This document shows, in pieces, positions 37,323 to 46,826 of a stretch of DNA of 64,000 nucleotides. Position numbers and translations under genes: made by a program. The notes under the pieces are model-generated. The model had not been told where the DNA came from and searched no databases. It worked only from the letters and a program-made list of their open reading frames with translations. Source of the stretch: Candidatus Latescibacterota bacterium (GTDB taxonomy: Bacteria; Latescibacterota; UBA2968; UBA8231); the NCBI GenBank assembly GCA_965197905.1, contig CBDAOB010000003.1:1088001-1152000 (forward strand), in the 5' to 3' direction. Each line of letters opens with the position of its first letter. Position 1 is the stretch's first letter.

Positions 37323-37870
37323 ATCCGATGGAATGTGAATACAAATTTGATGCAGCCAACCGAGTCCTGACAGTCTCGGACAATTGGGACTATATAGCCG
37401 CGCACAACGAAGCTCCCGCTCTGACTCAGAATCGGGTCCTGGGTCTGGAGCTCAACACCCTGCTGTACGACGACAGCACGCGCGCGCTCTACGACGCCAT
37501 CTTCCGCAAGGTGCGCGCCGACCAGCGCGAGCTTGCCTTCGAATACCAGTGTGACACCCCTTCAGAGCGTCGTAGGTGGTTGATGCGCGTATCAGCCGAT
37601 TTGAGTGCGACGGTGTGTCTGTCAAATTCGCTGTTGCAGTCAACGCCGCGGACTCCTGTCGAACTGCTGCAGAGTCAAAGCTCTAAGACCGACGATTTTG
37701 TGATCATGTGCAGCTGGTGCATGCGCCTCAAGACGGGAATCGACGCCTGGCAGGAGATAGAGTCGGGGATCGAAGCGCTGGAATTGTTCAAGAGACCAGT
37801 GAATCCGCGGGTTAGCCACTCGATCTGCTCGGGCTGCATGAAGGAAGTGCTGAGCAAGCTCGGCGAGTGA
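37319..37870 (+). CDS. Hypothetical protein with PAS-like N-terminus and C-terminal CSWC..SHxICxxC putative zinc motif
   Basis: MCSWC and SHSICSGC; overlaps the upstream stop. Confidence 0.6.
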   Translation: MNPMECEYKFDAANRVLTVSDNWDYIAAHNEAPALTQNRVLGLELNTLLYDDSTRALYDAIFRKVRADQRELAFEYQCDTPSERRRWLMRVSADLSATVCLSNSLLQSTPRTPVELLQSQSSKTDDFVIMCSWCMRLKTGIDAWQEIESGIEALELFKRPVNPRVSHSICSGCMKEVLSKLGE

Positions 37871-37991
37871 AGCGATCGGTGCGAGCTCAAACCGACAGCG
37901 CCGTCTGTTCCCATGTGCCGGCCTGGCGGCTGTTGACGAATCGGAGAATCGTGCGGATCCTTAAAGGTTTCCTGACGAAAGGAGCCCGCTC

Positions 37992-38969
37992 ATGAAAGCC
38001 CCCTGGGTAACCTACCGACCCGAACTCAAGGTTCTCGACTGTACGATACGCGACGGCGGTTTGATCAACGATCACCAGTTCGACAACGATCTGGTCAAAG
38101 CCACCTACGAAGCGTGCGTGGAAGCCGGCCTTGATTACATGGAGATCGGTTACCGCAACTCCAAACGTCTCTTCTCAACCAAGGATTACGGACCGTTCCG
38201 GCATTCCGACGAGGAGGAGATTCGCAAGATCACCGGCGATCACGATGCCGAGGCCACCGGCCTCAAGCTGGCTGTCATGGCGGACGCCGGAAAGAGTGAC
38301 TGGAGAACGGACATCCTGCCCTCCGATGAAAGTGTGGTAGACATGATTCGGGTGGCCTGCTATGTGGACCAGATTCCCGAAGCTGCCGAGATGATCAACG
38401 ACGCCCATGACAAGGGGTATGAGACCAGCTGCAACCTGATGGCGATCTCCACGGTGCAACAAGCGGAGATCGAACAGGCTCTTGAGATCATAGCCAAGAC
38501 CCCGGTGGACGTAGTCTGCGTCGTCGACAGCTTTGGAGCTCTCTACCGCGAACAGATCGATATCCTGGTCCGCAGCTACATGGCGGCGCTGGAGGGTACG
38601 AACAAACACGTGGGCATCCATACCCACAATAACCAGCAGCTCGCCTTCGCCAATACGATCGAAGCGATCATTCTCGGCGCCAACCGGATCGACGCCACCA
38701 TGGCCGGATTGGGCCGCGGCGCCGGCAACTGCCCTATGGAGCTGCTCATCGGTTTCCTGCGCAATCCGAAATTCAAGCGGCGGCCGATCTATCAGTTATT
38801 GCAGGACCACTTCGTCAAGTTGCGGCAGAAGCTTGAGTGGGGCGCCCTGATTCCGTACAACATCACTGGCCAGCACAACCAGCATCCGCGCGAGGCGATG
38901 GCCCTGCGCGCCAGCCCCGACAAAGACAATTACGTTGATTTCTACGACCAGGTTGTAGGAGACATGTAG
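37992..38969 (+). CDS. DRE-TIM metallolyase, 4-hydroxy-2-oxovalerate aldolase-like
   Basis: LDCTIRDGG, VDSFG, GIHTHNNQQLAFAN, GLGRGAGN. Confidence 0.85.
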   Translation: MKAPWVTYRPELKVLDCTIRDGGLINDHQFDNDLVKATYEACVEAGLDYMEIGYRNSKRLFSTKDYGPFRHSDEEEIRKITGDHDAEATGLKLAVMADAGKSDWRTDILPSDESVVDMIRVACYVDQIPEAAEMINDAHDKGYETSCNLMAISTVQQAEIEQALEIIAKTPVDVVCVVDSFGALYREQIDILVRSYMAALEGTNKHVGIHTHNNQQLAFANTIEAIILGANRIDATMAGLGRGAGNCPMELLIGFLRNPKFKRRPIYQLLQDHFVKLRQKLEWGALIPYNITGQHNQHPREAMALRASPDKDNYVDFYDQVVGDM

Positions 38970-39352
38970 TGAGGCTCAACCATGTCAGCCTGGTCTGTTC
39001 ATCCGAGGCGAACTGCGACCGGTTTTACGGCCAGCTGCTGCACCTGGAAAAGCTGGAGACCAAATCGATCACTGCCGAGCTGTCTGACGGAATCTTTCAG
39101 GTGAATTCCCCGTATGAAATGCTCAACTACGGAGACGACCGCCTCAAATTCGAGATTTTTCTGTCCGATCGCCGCGATTTCGTCGAGCAACAGATCGGCC
39201 ACGTCTGTATCGACGTGGATGATCTGGACCAGTTTCTAGCAGACTGCAACGCTCTGGAAGTAGAAGTGCGGAGGGTTCCCAAAGGAGATTCCCACGTTAC
39301 GTTTATAGCGGATTACGACGGCAATCTGTTCGAAATCAAACAGATTGCGTGA
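38969..39352 (+). CDS. VOC/glyoxalase family protein
   Basis: LNHVSL, HVCIDV, FIADYDGNLFEI. Confidence 0.8.
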   Translation: MRLNHVSLVCSSEANCDRFYGQLLHLEKLETKSITAELSDGIFQVNSPYEMLNYGDDRLKFEIFLSDRRDFVEQQIGHVCIDVDDLDQFLADCNALEVEVRRVPKGDSHVTFIADYDGNLFEIKQIA

Positions 39353-39376
39353 GCCGCAAAGCGAAAGGAGTTGATC

Positions 39377-40270
39377 ATGCCGGATGTCGACGGCGCCAGG
39401 GATACCAAAAACTACCATACCGACGTGCCGCAAAGCACCGAGGGATTCTATCTAAAAGGGTCCAACTCTTACGACTGGGGCATGAAGAACCGGCTGGCCC
39501 GCATTTTTAACGCGGAGTCGGGAAACACCGTCATGCTGGCGTTCGATCACGGTTATTTCCAAGGACCCACCACCGGATTGGAGCGCATCGACGTCAACAT
39601 AAATCCGCTGATTCCGTACGCCGACACGCTGATGCTGACCCGCGGCATTCTGCGCACCATGATCCCCCCTTCAGCCACCAAGGCACTGGTATTGCGGGCA
39701 TCAGGTGGACCGAGCATTCTCAAAGAGCTCTCCAATGAAGAGATTGCCATGGATATGGAAGATGCGGTACGTCTCAATGCCTGTGGGGTGGCGGTTCAAG
39801 TGTTTATCGGGGGCGAATTTGAAAAGCAGTCCATCATCAATATGACGAAGCTCGTGGACGCGGGAACCCGGTATGGCATTCCGACTCTGGCGGTTACCGC
39901 AGTCGGCAAGGACATGGTGCGGGATGCCAAGTACTTCCGGTTGGCGACCCGGATCTGTGCCGAGCTCGGAGCCCACTACGTGAAGACCTATTACGTCGAA
40001 GAAGATTTCGACACCGTGACCTCCTGCTGCCCCGTTCCCATCGTCATCGCCGGCGGCAAGAAACAGCCGGAGCTGGATGCCCTGAAGATGGCCCACAATG
40101 CCGTGCAGCAGGGCGCCAACGGCGTCGACATGGGTCGCAACATCTTTCAGTCGGAGAATCCGCAGGCGATGATTCAGGCGGTGCGACATGTGGTTCACGA
40201 TGGCGAGAAGCCGGAACGGGCGTTCGAATTGTTCAACTCCCTCAAGAACGGAAAACCGGTCGCCGTCTGA
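39377..40270 (+). CDS. lsrF: 3-hydroxy-5-phosphonooxypentane-2,4-dione thiolase LsrF (DhnA-type class I aldolase fold)
   Basis: [50 protein letters not shown]. Confidence 0.9.
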   Translation: MPDVDGARDTKNYHTDVPQSTEGFYLKGSNSYDWGMKNRLARIFNAESGNTVMLAFDHGYFQGPTTGLERIDVNINPLIPYADTLMLTRGILRTMIPPSATKALVLRASGGPSILKELSNEEIAMDMEDAVRLNACGVAVQVFIGGEFEKQSIINMTKLVDAGTRYGIPTLAVTAVGKDMVRDAKYFRLATRICAELGAHYVKTYYVEEDFDTVTSCCPVPIVIAGGKKQPELDALKMAHNAVQQGANGVDMGRNIFQSENPQAMIQAVRHVVHDGEKPERAFELFNSLKNGKPVAV

Positions 40271-40398
40271 ACGCCCGCCCCACGGGTCCTCGCAGGTTCT
40301 TCGATCTACCGGCAATTCTCGATACCGGCTGGTGCCATCGTTCGCAGATGAGCAAGCCCATCCTCTTGCCTGAAAACGCCTTACCGAAGGAGGCGCCG

Positions 40399-40704
40399 AT
40401 GTGCCGCAACATCAAAACTCTGTTCAACTTCGATCCACCGGCCACGGACGAAGAGATCAATGCGGCCGCGCTACAGTTCGTGCGCAAGATATCCGGCTTT
40501 CGCGCGCCATCCCGAGTCAACGAAACGGCATTCAACGAAGCCGTGGAGCAGATATCCCTCACCGGGCGCCACGTGCTGCGCAGCCTGACTACCACCGCGC
40601 CTACCCGCGATCGCGAGGTAGAGGCGGCACGGGCACGCGAACGCAGCGCCCGTCGATTTGCTGGCAACGCCGATTCTTCTGGAAGCGTTGCAAAGTCGCT
40701 TTGA
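40399..40704 (+). CDS. DUF2277 family protein
   Basis: MCRNIKTLFNFDPPATDEEI..LQFVRKISGF; AGGAGG RBS. Confidence 0.88.
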   Translation: MCRNIKTLFNFDPPATDEEINAAALQFVRKISGFRAPSRVNETAFNEAVEQISLTGRHVLRSLTTTAPTRDREVEAARARERSARRFAGNADSSGSVAKSL

Positions 40705-40801
40705 TGGGTCGGGGCAAAACACTATCATTGTGTCCAGATCAAAATGCTCGGCTTCGGGCAATGCCGGGAATGCACCCGGCCTTCCGATAGGAGGTTGAAG
40801 A

Positions 40802-41293
40802 GTGACACGACTGCGTTGTGGATTTCTAGCGTTGGCGACCATCGGTTCGACCCTTGTCGTTCAAGCCCCAGCGGTGGCGGGCGAAACCATCACGTTCCAC
40901 TCCAAACATATCAACGTGGCCAAGACCTTCGACACACAAGAACTGGAGGACGAGGACGGTCATATTATCGCCAAGTTCCACGCCCAGGGTGTGGGGGTGC
41001 GCATCGACGGTCCTGCCGAACCGCCGTACAAGATCGAGATTTGGGGAACGGGTGATTACAAGGGGGACGGTACGGGGAAGGACCAAGGTTACGGCAAGTT
41101 CATATTCTCGGATGGGTCGAGCTATTTTGAACGCTGGTCCGGAACGGTGGCTGATGGCAAAGCTACGGGTACCGCCGTCTACTACAACGGCACGGGACGG
41201 TTCGTGGGGCTCGAGGGGGGCAGTAAATACGAGTGCACTCTACTCGGCGATCGCTTCGCCTGCAATGTGGACGGTACCATCAAACTACCCTGA
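40802..41293 (+). CDS. Secreted beta-rich hypothetical protein
   Basis: Signal peptide ending AVA; AGGAGG RBS; GTGRF.GL.G motif. Confidence 0.6.
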   Translation: MTRLRCGFLALATIGSTLVVQAPAVAGETITFHSKHINVAKTFDTQELEDEDGHIIAKFHAQGVGVRIDGPAEPPYKIEIWGTGDYKGDGTGKDQGYGKFIFSDGSSYFERWSGTVADGKATGTAVYYNGTGRFVGLEGGSKYECTLLGDRFACNVDGTIKLP

Positions 41294-41329
41294 CGTGCAA
41301 ATGGTGACGTTTCCTCCTGCGCGTCCCTA

Positions 41330-41959
41330 ATGAGTAACATCCTCAAGTTTCCCGGCAAGGCGCCGCGACTGGATCACAAACGGTCGACGCGCCGCCGCGT
41401 CGACCCTGACCAGCTGGATCTTTTCGCCAGCATCCCCGGTCGCATCGCGGATTTGCCACTGAATCCCTTCGACGAGGCTCTGCTCCAGGAAGAGCGGGGT
41501 GACTACGACCGAGCGCGGGACAAATACCGCGAGGCGATCGGTGCGGGCGAGTCTGTGCCGGACGCATTTTGCAATCTCGGTATCATTGAGTATCGCCAGG
41601 GCAACCGCAAAGCGGCGATCGAGGCTTTCGCGCATGCGTTGGCCCAGGCACCCCTTCACTTCAATGCCCACTACAACATGGGAAACATGTACCTCGATGC
41701 AGGAGAGCACGCATTGGCAAGGTTGCACTTTGAGTTGTGCGCCCAGTCAGAGCCGGAGTTCGCCAACGCGTATTACAACCTGGCGTTGGCATGTGCGATG
41801 TCTGGCGATTTTCAACCAGCTATCAACGCCTTGAAGGCGTATCAGACATTGGCCAACGCTGAGGAACGCACGCGCGCCGCGGATCTGCAGTCGTTGCTCG
41901 AACAGGGGCTCGAACAGCCCAGGAACAGGTCACCCACCAAACCCGGACGACGCGATTGA
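41330..41959 (+). CDS. Tetratricopeptide repeat protein
   Basis: AFCNLG, AHYNMG, AYYNLA TPR repeats; N-terminal QLDLF. Confidence 0.85.
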   Translation: MSNILKFPGKAPRLDHKRSTRRRVDPDQLDLFASIPGRIADLPLNPFDEALLQEERGDYDRARDKYREAIGAGESVPDAFCNLGIIEYRQGNRKAAIEAFAHALAQAPLHFNAHYNMGNMYLDAGEHALARLHFELCAQSEPEFANAYYNLALACAMSGDFQPAINALKAYQTLANAEERTRAADLQSLLEQGLEQPRNRSPTKPGRRD

Positions 41960-42124
41960 TCACTGGCGTCTGTCCCAAGGTCACCACCCCGATCACGAGA
42001 CGTCCCTACGGCCGAAACGGACGAGGAGCGATCATTCCTAACGTGAAGCGACCTAGTGATACCCCGTACTAGATCGCGGAGCTCGGGTTCGGAGAGGTAC
42101 GCGTAGCTTCCTGTTGCCGCAACC

Positions 42125-42148
42125 TAAATTATTGGAATCATTGAGTTA
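42125..42148. promoter_or_regulatory. Possible IHF-like sites in an AT-rich intergenic region
   Basis: AATCATTGAGTTA has one mismatch to WATCAANNNNTTR; a weaker overlapping match lies on the opposite strand. Confidence 0.25.
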
Positions 42149-42398
42149 GCAAAGGTTGTTGCGGATTCTACGGAGACCCTCCCGGACACGATTTTAGAGG
42201 TTGATCGTTTTTCCAATATTTGCAACCCATGGACGACCGATTATAATTATATGTTTCCTGTTCTATTTGTTTCCTTTCGCCTGCCTATGCGGAGTCTCAC
42301 GGGGAAGGCGGGTCCATAAGGTCGAATCCCGGTTTGCCGACATACCAACTTGACACTGAAGGCCGCGCAGATGCCTTTGCGGAGCGGATACTGAAAAG

Positions 42399-43753
42399 AT
42401 GACCAAACTGAAGGTTGTCGTGCTGGAAGGGGAAGAAGAGCGCGGCAACACGATAAAGGAAATTCTGGAGGGAGCGGGTCAATTCGAGCCGCTCATTTCC
42501 AAATCTCCGCGGCCGTTGATGAACCTTCTCGACGGTACACGGTGAAGGTGGTCAGCACCAACACCACGGTCAGCACCAACGAGCAAGATGGTCTGAAGTT
42601 CATCAAAGCCCTCTATCTCAAATACCAGCGCTACAAACAACCGCTTCCTCCGATCATCGTCTGCAGCTCTGACCAGAGCGGCGATACCGTCAAGCTCTAT
42701 GCCTATCGCTTCGCCGATGCCTCACTCATTTCCTACGTCTACATCAAGGACGAGGAATTGCAGCAAGGGGGAAACCGGCTCCTCGATCTGATCACGAAGG
42801 CGCTCAAGAGCCGTGAAGAGCTGGAGACCGCCGAGCCCGAAGAAGACGTGGCGGAGGTAGTGAAGAAAAAGCTCAAGAGCTTGCTGCAAAAGACCATCAC
42901 CTTGCCTTCGCTACCTGACGTGGCGGTGCAGGTCCAGGATGCCTTGAAGGATCCCGAGGTCACGTTCAAGAAACTGGCCAATATCATAAACACCGACATG
43001 ACCATGGGGGCCAACGTCATCAAACTGGCTAACAGTCCCCAATTCGGAGTATCGGGACAGATTGCCACCATCGATGATGCCTGCAAGCAAGTGGGAATGA
43101 ACGCCATCGCCAACACGGTAATGGCAACCAAGGTATTCGACGCCATGGAAGCGCTCCCGTCGGATTTCGATCTGAAACGGTTGCGGCGGCACAGTTATGC
43201 GGTGGGGACGGTGGCGCGGCTCGTTTCCCGCCGTTGCCGGGTGTTGAAGAAATCTATCGAACGGATGCAATTCAGCGGAATCATGTTTGCCGCAGGTTTG
43301 CTGCACGATATCGGCAAGGTGTTGATGACGCAATTTTTCCCCGAAGAATGTATCACAATCCTCGAGGAGGCCGGGTCCAGCGACTCCACGGCCGTAGAGG
43401 CGGAGCTCAAGGTCCTGGGCGTGACACACGGCGACGCTGGACTTCACGCAGGAGTCGAGTGGAGGTTTCCCGTCCTTCTGGTGAACGTGATCGGTCGGCA
43501 CCACTGGCCGTTACCGACGATTCTGTCGCGCCTCAAAACCAAACAGGGCCGGCTGGCGCAGCGGGTAATTCGCATCGCCGACGCCGCCAGCTACGAGATG
43601 GGGTACGACATGCTGCGCTCCGACGGCAAACCACCGACCCTCGAGCCAGAGCTTTTCAACAAGACCGGTCTCGACATAGATGAATTCGCAAAGTGGACCA
43701 AAGAGATCAAAGACGATATTGCCTACACCATCGATGTGCTCGGTAAGACCTGA
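42399..43753 (+). CDS. Atypical receiver + HDOD domain protein (frameshift near 42540)
   Basis: MTKLKVVVLEG.. from ATG 42399 stops at 42545; the -1 frame continues VKVV..LPSLPDVA..ANSP..HS..LLHDIGK..HH. Confidence 0.8.
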
Positions 43754-43808
43754 GAGGTCCCAAGGGCGAGGCGAATGAACAGTATCTCGACCACGCTTTT
43801 TGCTAGTC

Positions 43809-45038
43809 ATGTCCGCCGTTAAGGTCCTCGTCGTTGAGCGCAATGCCAAGATCGCCGGACTGCTAAGCGGACATCTGCGACAGACGGGGCACGACGCCGC
43901 CGATGTGCGCAACGGCGCCGAGGCAGCCATGGAACTGCGCGGCGGCAAGTTCGATGTGATACTCATGGACCATAGGGTGACCATGGGCGGTGTGAAGACC
44001 GCCCGCCTGCTGCGCCTGCACCCGAAACATGGCCATATCCCCGTAATACTCGCCCTGCCGCCCGATCAAGGAGAAGCCAGAGTCCTGGTCAAAGAAGCGC
44101 ACTCCATCGGACTCAAGAATTTCGTCATCAAACCGTTTCGCATGGACGCGCTGCAGAAGAAGCTGGCGCAGGTCGCTGACGACAAGGTAGTCGAGAAACC
44201 GACCGATTTCGAAATCCGGGAGGAAATTCGTTCGATCAGCAACCTTCCCACGATGCCGGCCGTGCGCGGCCGCCTGCTGGCGCTCCTGAGCAAATCCGAC
44301 AAGGAAGTTGACATTCGCAAGGTAGCGCACACCATTGAGCAAGACCCGGGACTGGCGACACAAGTAATGCGGGTCTGCAACTCGACCTACTTTGGCTTTC
44401 AGGGCAATCTGATGAGTCAGGCGGTGGCATTTCTAGGGGTGGAAGCGATTCGCAAGATCGTGCAGACCTCCATCATCTACGACTTCTTCGGCTCTAGCAA
44501 ATCCGACGACCGGGGTTTCAGCATGATGGATTTGTGGAAACATTCTCTGGCCACGGGCATGTCGATGGAGATAATCGGCAAAGCGGACAAGAAAAAGACA
44601 CACTTCATGCCCGGCGTGCTCCACGACATCGGAAAAGTGATCTTCAAGATTCGTTTTCCGGATCACTTCAACAAGGTGGTAGATCTCGTGGAAAAGGAAG
44701 GAAAATCGATGCTCGAGGCCGAAGAGGAGCTGCTCGGTATCTCCCACGCTGACTGCGGCGGGGAGGTGGCGTTACACTGGGACCTCCCGGGCGAGGTGCG
44801 AACCGCTATCGCGCAACATCACAAACCGGGAGAGGCGGATCAGCACCGCCGGTTGGCGGCCATGGTCCACATCGCCGACATCGCGGCGCGGAGAATGGAG
44901 ATCGGGTACGCCGGCGACGATCTCATCCCTCCCGTGGATCCCTATGCCCAGCGTATTCAAAAGAGTGTGGACGAGATTCTAACGCGCGCAGACGACTTCA
45001 AGGAACAGATCGACTCAATAATCGGGGATCTCGGGTAG
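43809..45038 (+). CDS. Response regulator receiver + HDOD domain protein
   Basis: VLVVE..DVILMD..KPF receiver; LPTMP, DPGL, WKHS, LHDIGK, QHH. Confidence 0.88.
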   Translation: MSAVKVLVVERNAKIAGLLSGHLRQTGHDAADVRNGAEAAMELRGGKFDVILMDHRVTMGGVKTARLLRLHPKHGHIPVILALPPDQGEARVLVKEAHSIGLKNFVIKPFRMDALQKKLAQVADDKVVEKPTDFEIREEIRSISNLPTMPAVRGRLLALLSKSDKEVDIRKVAHTIEQDPGLATQVMRVCNSTYFGFQGNLMSQAVAFLGVEAIRKIVQTSIIYDFFGSSKSDDRGFSMMDLWKHSLATGMSMEIIGKADKKKTHFMPGVLHDIGKVIFKIRFPDHFNKVVDLVEKEGKSMLEAEEELLGISHADCGGEVALHWDLPGEVRTAIAQHHKPGEADQHRRLAAMVHIADIAARRMEIGYAGDDLIPPVDPYAQRIQKSVDEILTRADDFKEQIDSIIGDLG

Positions 45039-45045
45039 CGGTAGA

Positions 45046-45414
45046 TCAGGCAGGTTTGGCTAGGCTATTGACCAAACTCACGAGCTCGTCGATATCAAAC
45101 GGCTTCTGCAACACCGCCTGGGCGCCGAGGTCGGCCAGGGAGCTATTGGAAGCCTGGTTCAAGTTCGCCGACATGACGATGATGGGCGTGTTGATTCCCT
45201 GCGAACGCACCTCCTTGATCAGCTGCTCGCCGCGGGTCGGCATGACCAGATCGGTGAGAATGAGATCGACTTCCTCGAACTGGCATTCCGCGAGTGCCGG
45301 CGCGGCATCGATGTAACCCACCACCTCGAACCCCTCCTTCTCCAACATCCAGGTTACGGAGCGAAGGACAAATCCCTCGTCTTCGATGACGGCGATTTTA
45401 ATGGGAGCAGTCAT
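45046..45414 (-). CDS. Single-domain response regulator (CheY-like)
   Basis: VIEDE, ILTDLVMP, MSA, KPF. Confidence 0.9.
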   Translation of the reverse strand: MTAPIKIAVIEDEGFVLRSVTWMLEKEGFEVVGYIDAAPALAECQFEEVDLILTDLVMPTRGEQLIKEVRSQGINTPIIVMSANLNQASNSSLADLGAQAVLQKPFDIDELVSLVNSLAKPA

Positions 45415-45422
45415 GGGAGGAC

Positions 45423-46691
45423 CTAGCCGGCGGCGTCGGCCATGGAATGGTCGTTGATGGGCTTATGCTGCTTCCCGTTGGACCTACCGTTCGTTTCCCG
45501 ACCATAATACGACTGGATTCTCGTGCCCAACTCATGGGCACCGAGCGGAGAACATTGTTCGACTGCAGAAAGAAGGACGCGCCTGTCATTCCTTGTGAGG
45601 AACCCGGGGACCCTAATTCTACCGGGCTCGGTCAGCTCTGGAGCCGTTGGTGCTATATAGTGATCTCCGCAGCCTCCTACTTGCTCAAGTTCCGTATTTG
45701 AAGACACAGTTTCTACGCCACCGGCTTCGCCTTGCTCAATCCTGTACTTCCATCTTGAGTAGACGGACCAAACCCGCGGTAACTCGCACGAATACATCGA
45801 TTCCCAAACAGCAGTAACAGGGCTTCCCAACAGTCCCTGATGAAGTAACGAAAGCTCTAGTTCGAGCCAACTCTTGGTCATAGGATCAACAAGCCTCTCA
45901 CGGAAGGTGCGAACCCAAAGTCTTAGATACTCAGAAAACCGAGTTCCGACATATGAGAGCATTGAGTTCCAGCACCCGTATCTAGGAGATTCTATCAAGC
46001 CCGAAACGAAGGCCGTTGAAGGGTGATTGGGTAGAAATTCCTCCGATAGAATGGCCAAAAAAAGCTTGCTATGAGCCAGTCCAACTAGCTCCTGGATCTG
46101 CTCTGGGCTAATGAGTACGTTGTCCCAAGCCGCACCGGATTGCAACGGCGTACCCACTTTAAGTCCGTCTACCACAGCTCCCGAAAAGTTCGTGTGTGAG
46201 AACCTAGCACTGTAGGCATCCACACCTGTCAGATTCGAATTCGAAAAGTCCGCTCGAAAGGACGTTGCTTTTCTCAAAATCGCTCCAGACAGATCGGCGC
46301 CCTTCAATGAGGTATCCACGAGTCTTGCGCGCGAAAGCAACGTGCCCTGCATATTCGAGCCATCGAATTTGCAACCACTCAGGTCAGCGCCCCGAAAGTC
46401 CCAACCAGACAGATCCTCATCAGAATAGTCGATCCCTCGGAGATCAGCATGCCTCGTATGGGTGCCAGGAAGTTTTAACTTGATTCTCCGTGGTTTCCTT
46501 TCAACAACGCGTCCATCCCGCGAGAGACCGTCAAGGGCATAACAGACGGTGCGTTTGGATTTCCCGGTGGCGGCTGCAATTTCTTCCAAAGTCAGGTGTA
46601 CTTCATCCACCGGATGAGCAACCTGCAATGCGCGACTAATGAGAAAATCAAAAACCAAATTCTTGGTCGAGCCTGTAACTGCAGGTCCCAT
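45423..46691 (-). CDS. N-terminal winged-HTH + pentapeptide-repeat + uncharacterised C-terminal domain
   Basis: LTLEEIAAATGKSKRTVCYALDGLSRDG HTH; ADLRG/ADLSG/ADFSN repeats; AT-richer coding sequence. Confidence 0.8.
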   Translation of the reverse strand: MGPAVTGSTKNLVFDFLISRALQVAHPVDEVHLTLEEIAAATGKSKRTVCYALDGLSRDGRVVERKPRRIKLKLPGTHTRHADLRGIDYSDEDLSGWDFRGADLSGCKFDGSNMQGTLLSRARLVDTSLKGADLSGAILRKATSFRADFSNSNLTGVDAYSARFSHTNFSGAVVDGLKVGTPLQSGAAWDNVLISPEQIQELVGLAHSKLFLAILSEEFLPNHPSTAFVSGLIESPRYGCWNSMLSYVGTRFSEYLRLWVRTFRERLVDPMTKSWLELELSLLHQGLLGSPVTAVWESMYSCELPRVWSVYSRWKYRIEQGEAGGVETVSSNTELEQVGGCGDHYIAPTAPELTEPGRIRVPGFLTRNDRRVLLSAVEQCSPLGAHELGTRIQSYYGRETNGRSNGKQHKPINDHSMADAAG

Positions 46692-46712
46692 GAGCAGATC
46701 TCGGGGTAAGAG

Positions 46713-46768
46713 TTTTGCAACTTAGATTGCACCTATGTATAAGATCTATCTCCTGTGCAAAATTTGCA
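46713..46768. promoter_or_regulatory. Cluster of TGCA-based inverted repeats (candidate operator)
   Basis: TGCAA-N6-TTGCA at 46716-46731 and TGCAAA-A-TTTGCA at 46756-46768, upstream of the 46691 start. Confidence 0.45.
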
Positions 46769-46826
46769 ATGGGCAATGTATATGGGAGTGATGGGTGAGG
46801 CTCGTTAATTATTGTAAAATAACAGA

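Noticed and set aside
42310..42345. GGTCGAATCCC resembling a tRNA T-arm
   Set aside because: Lacks GTTC, and no cloverleaf or CCA end can be built
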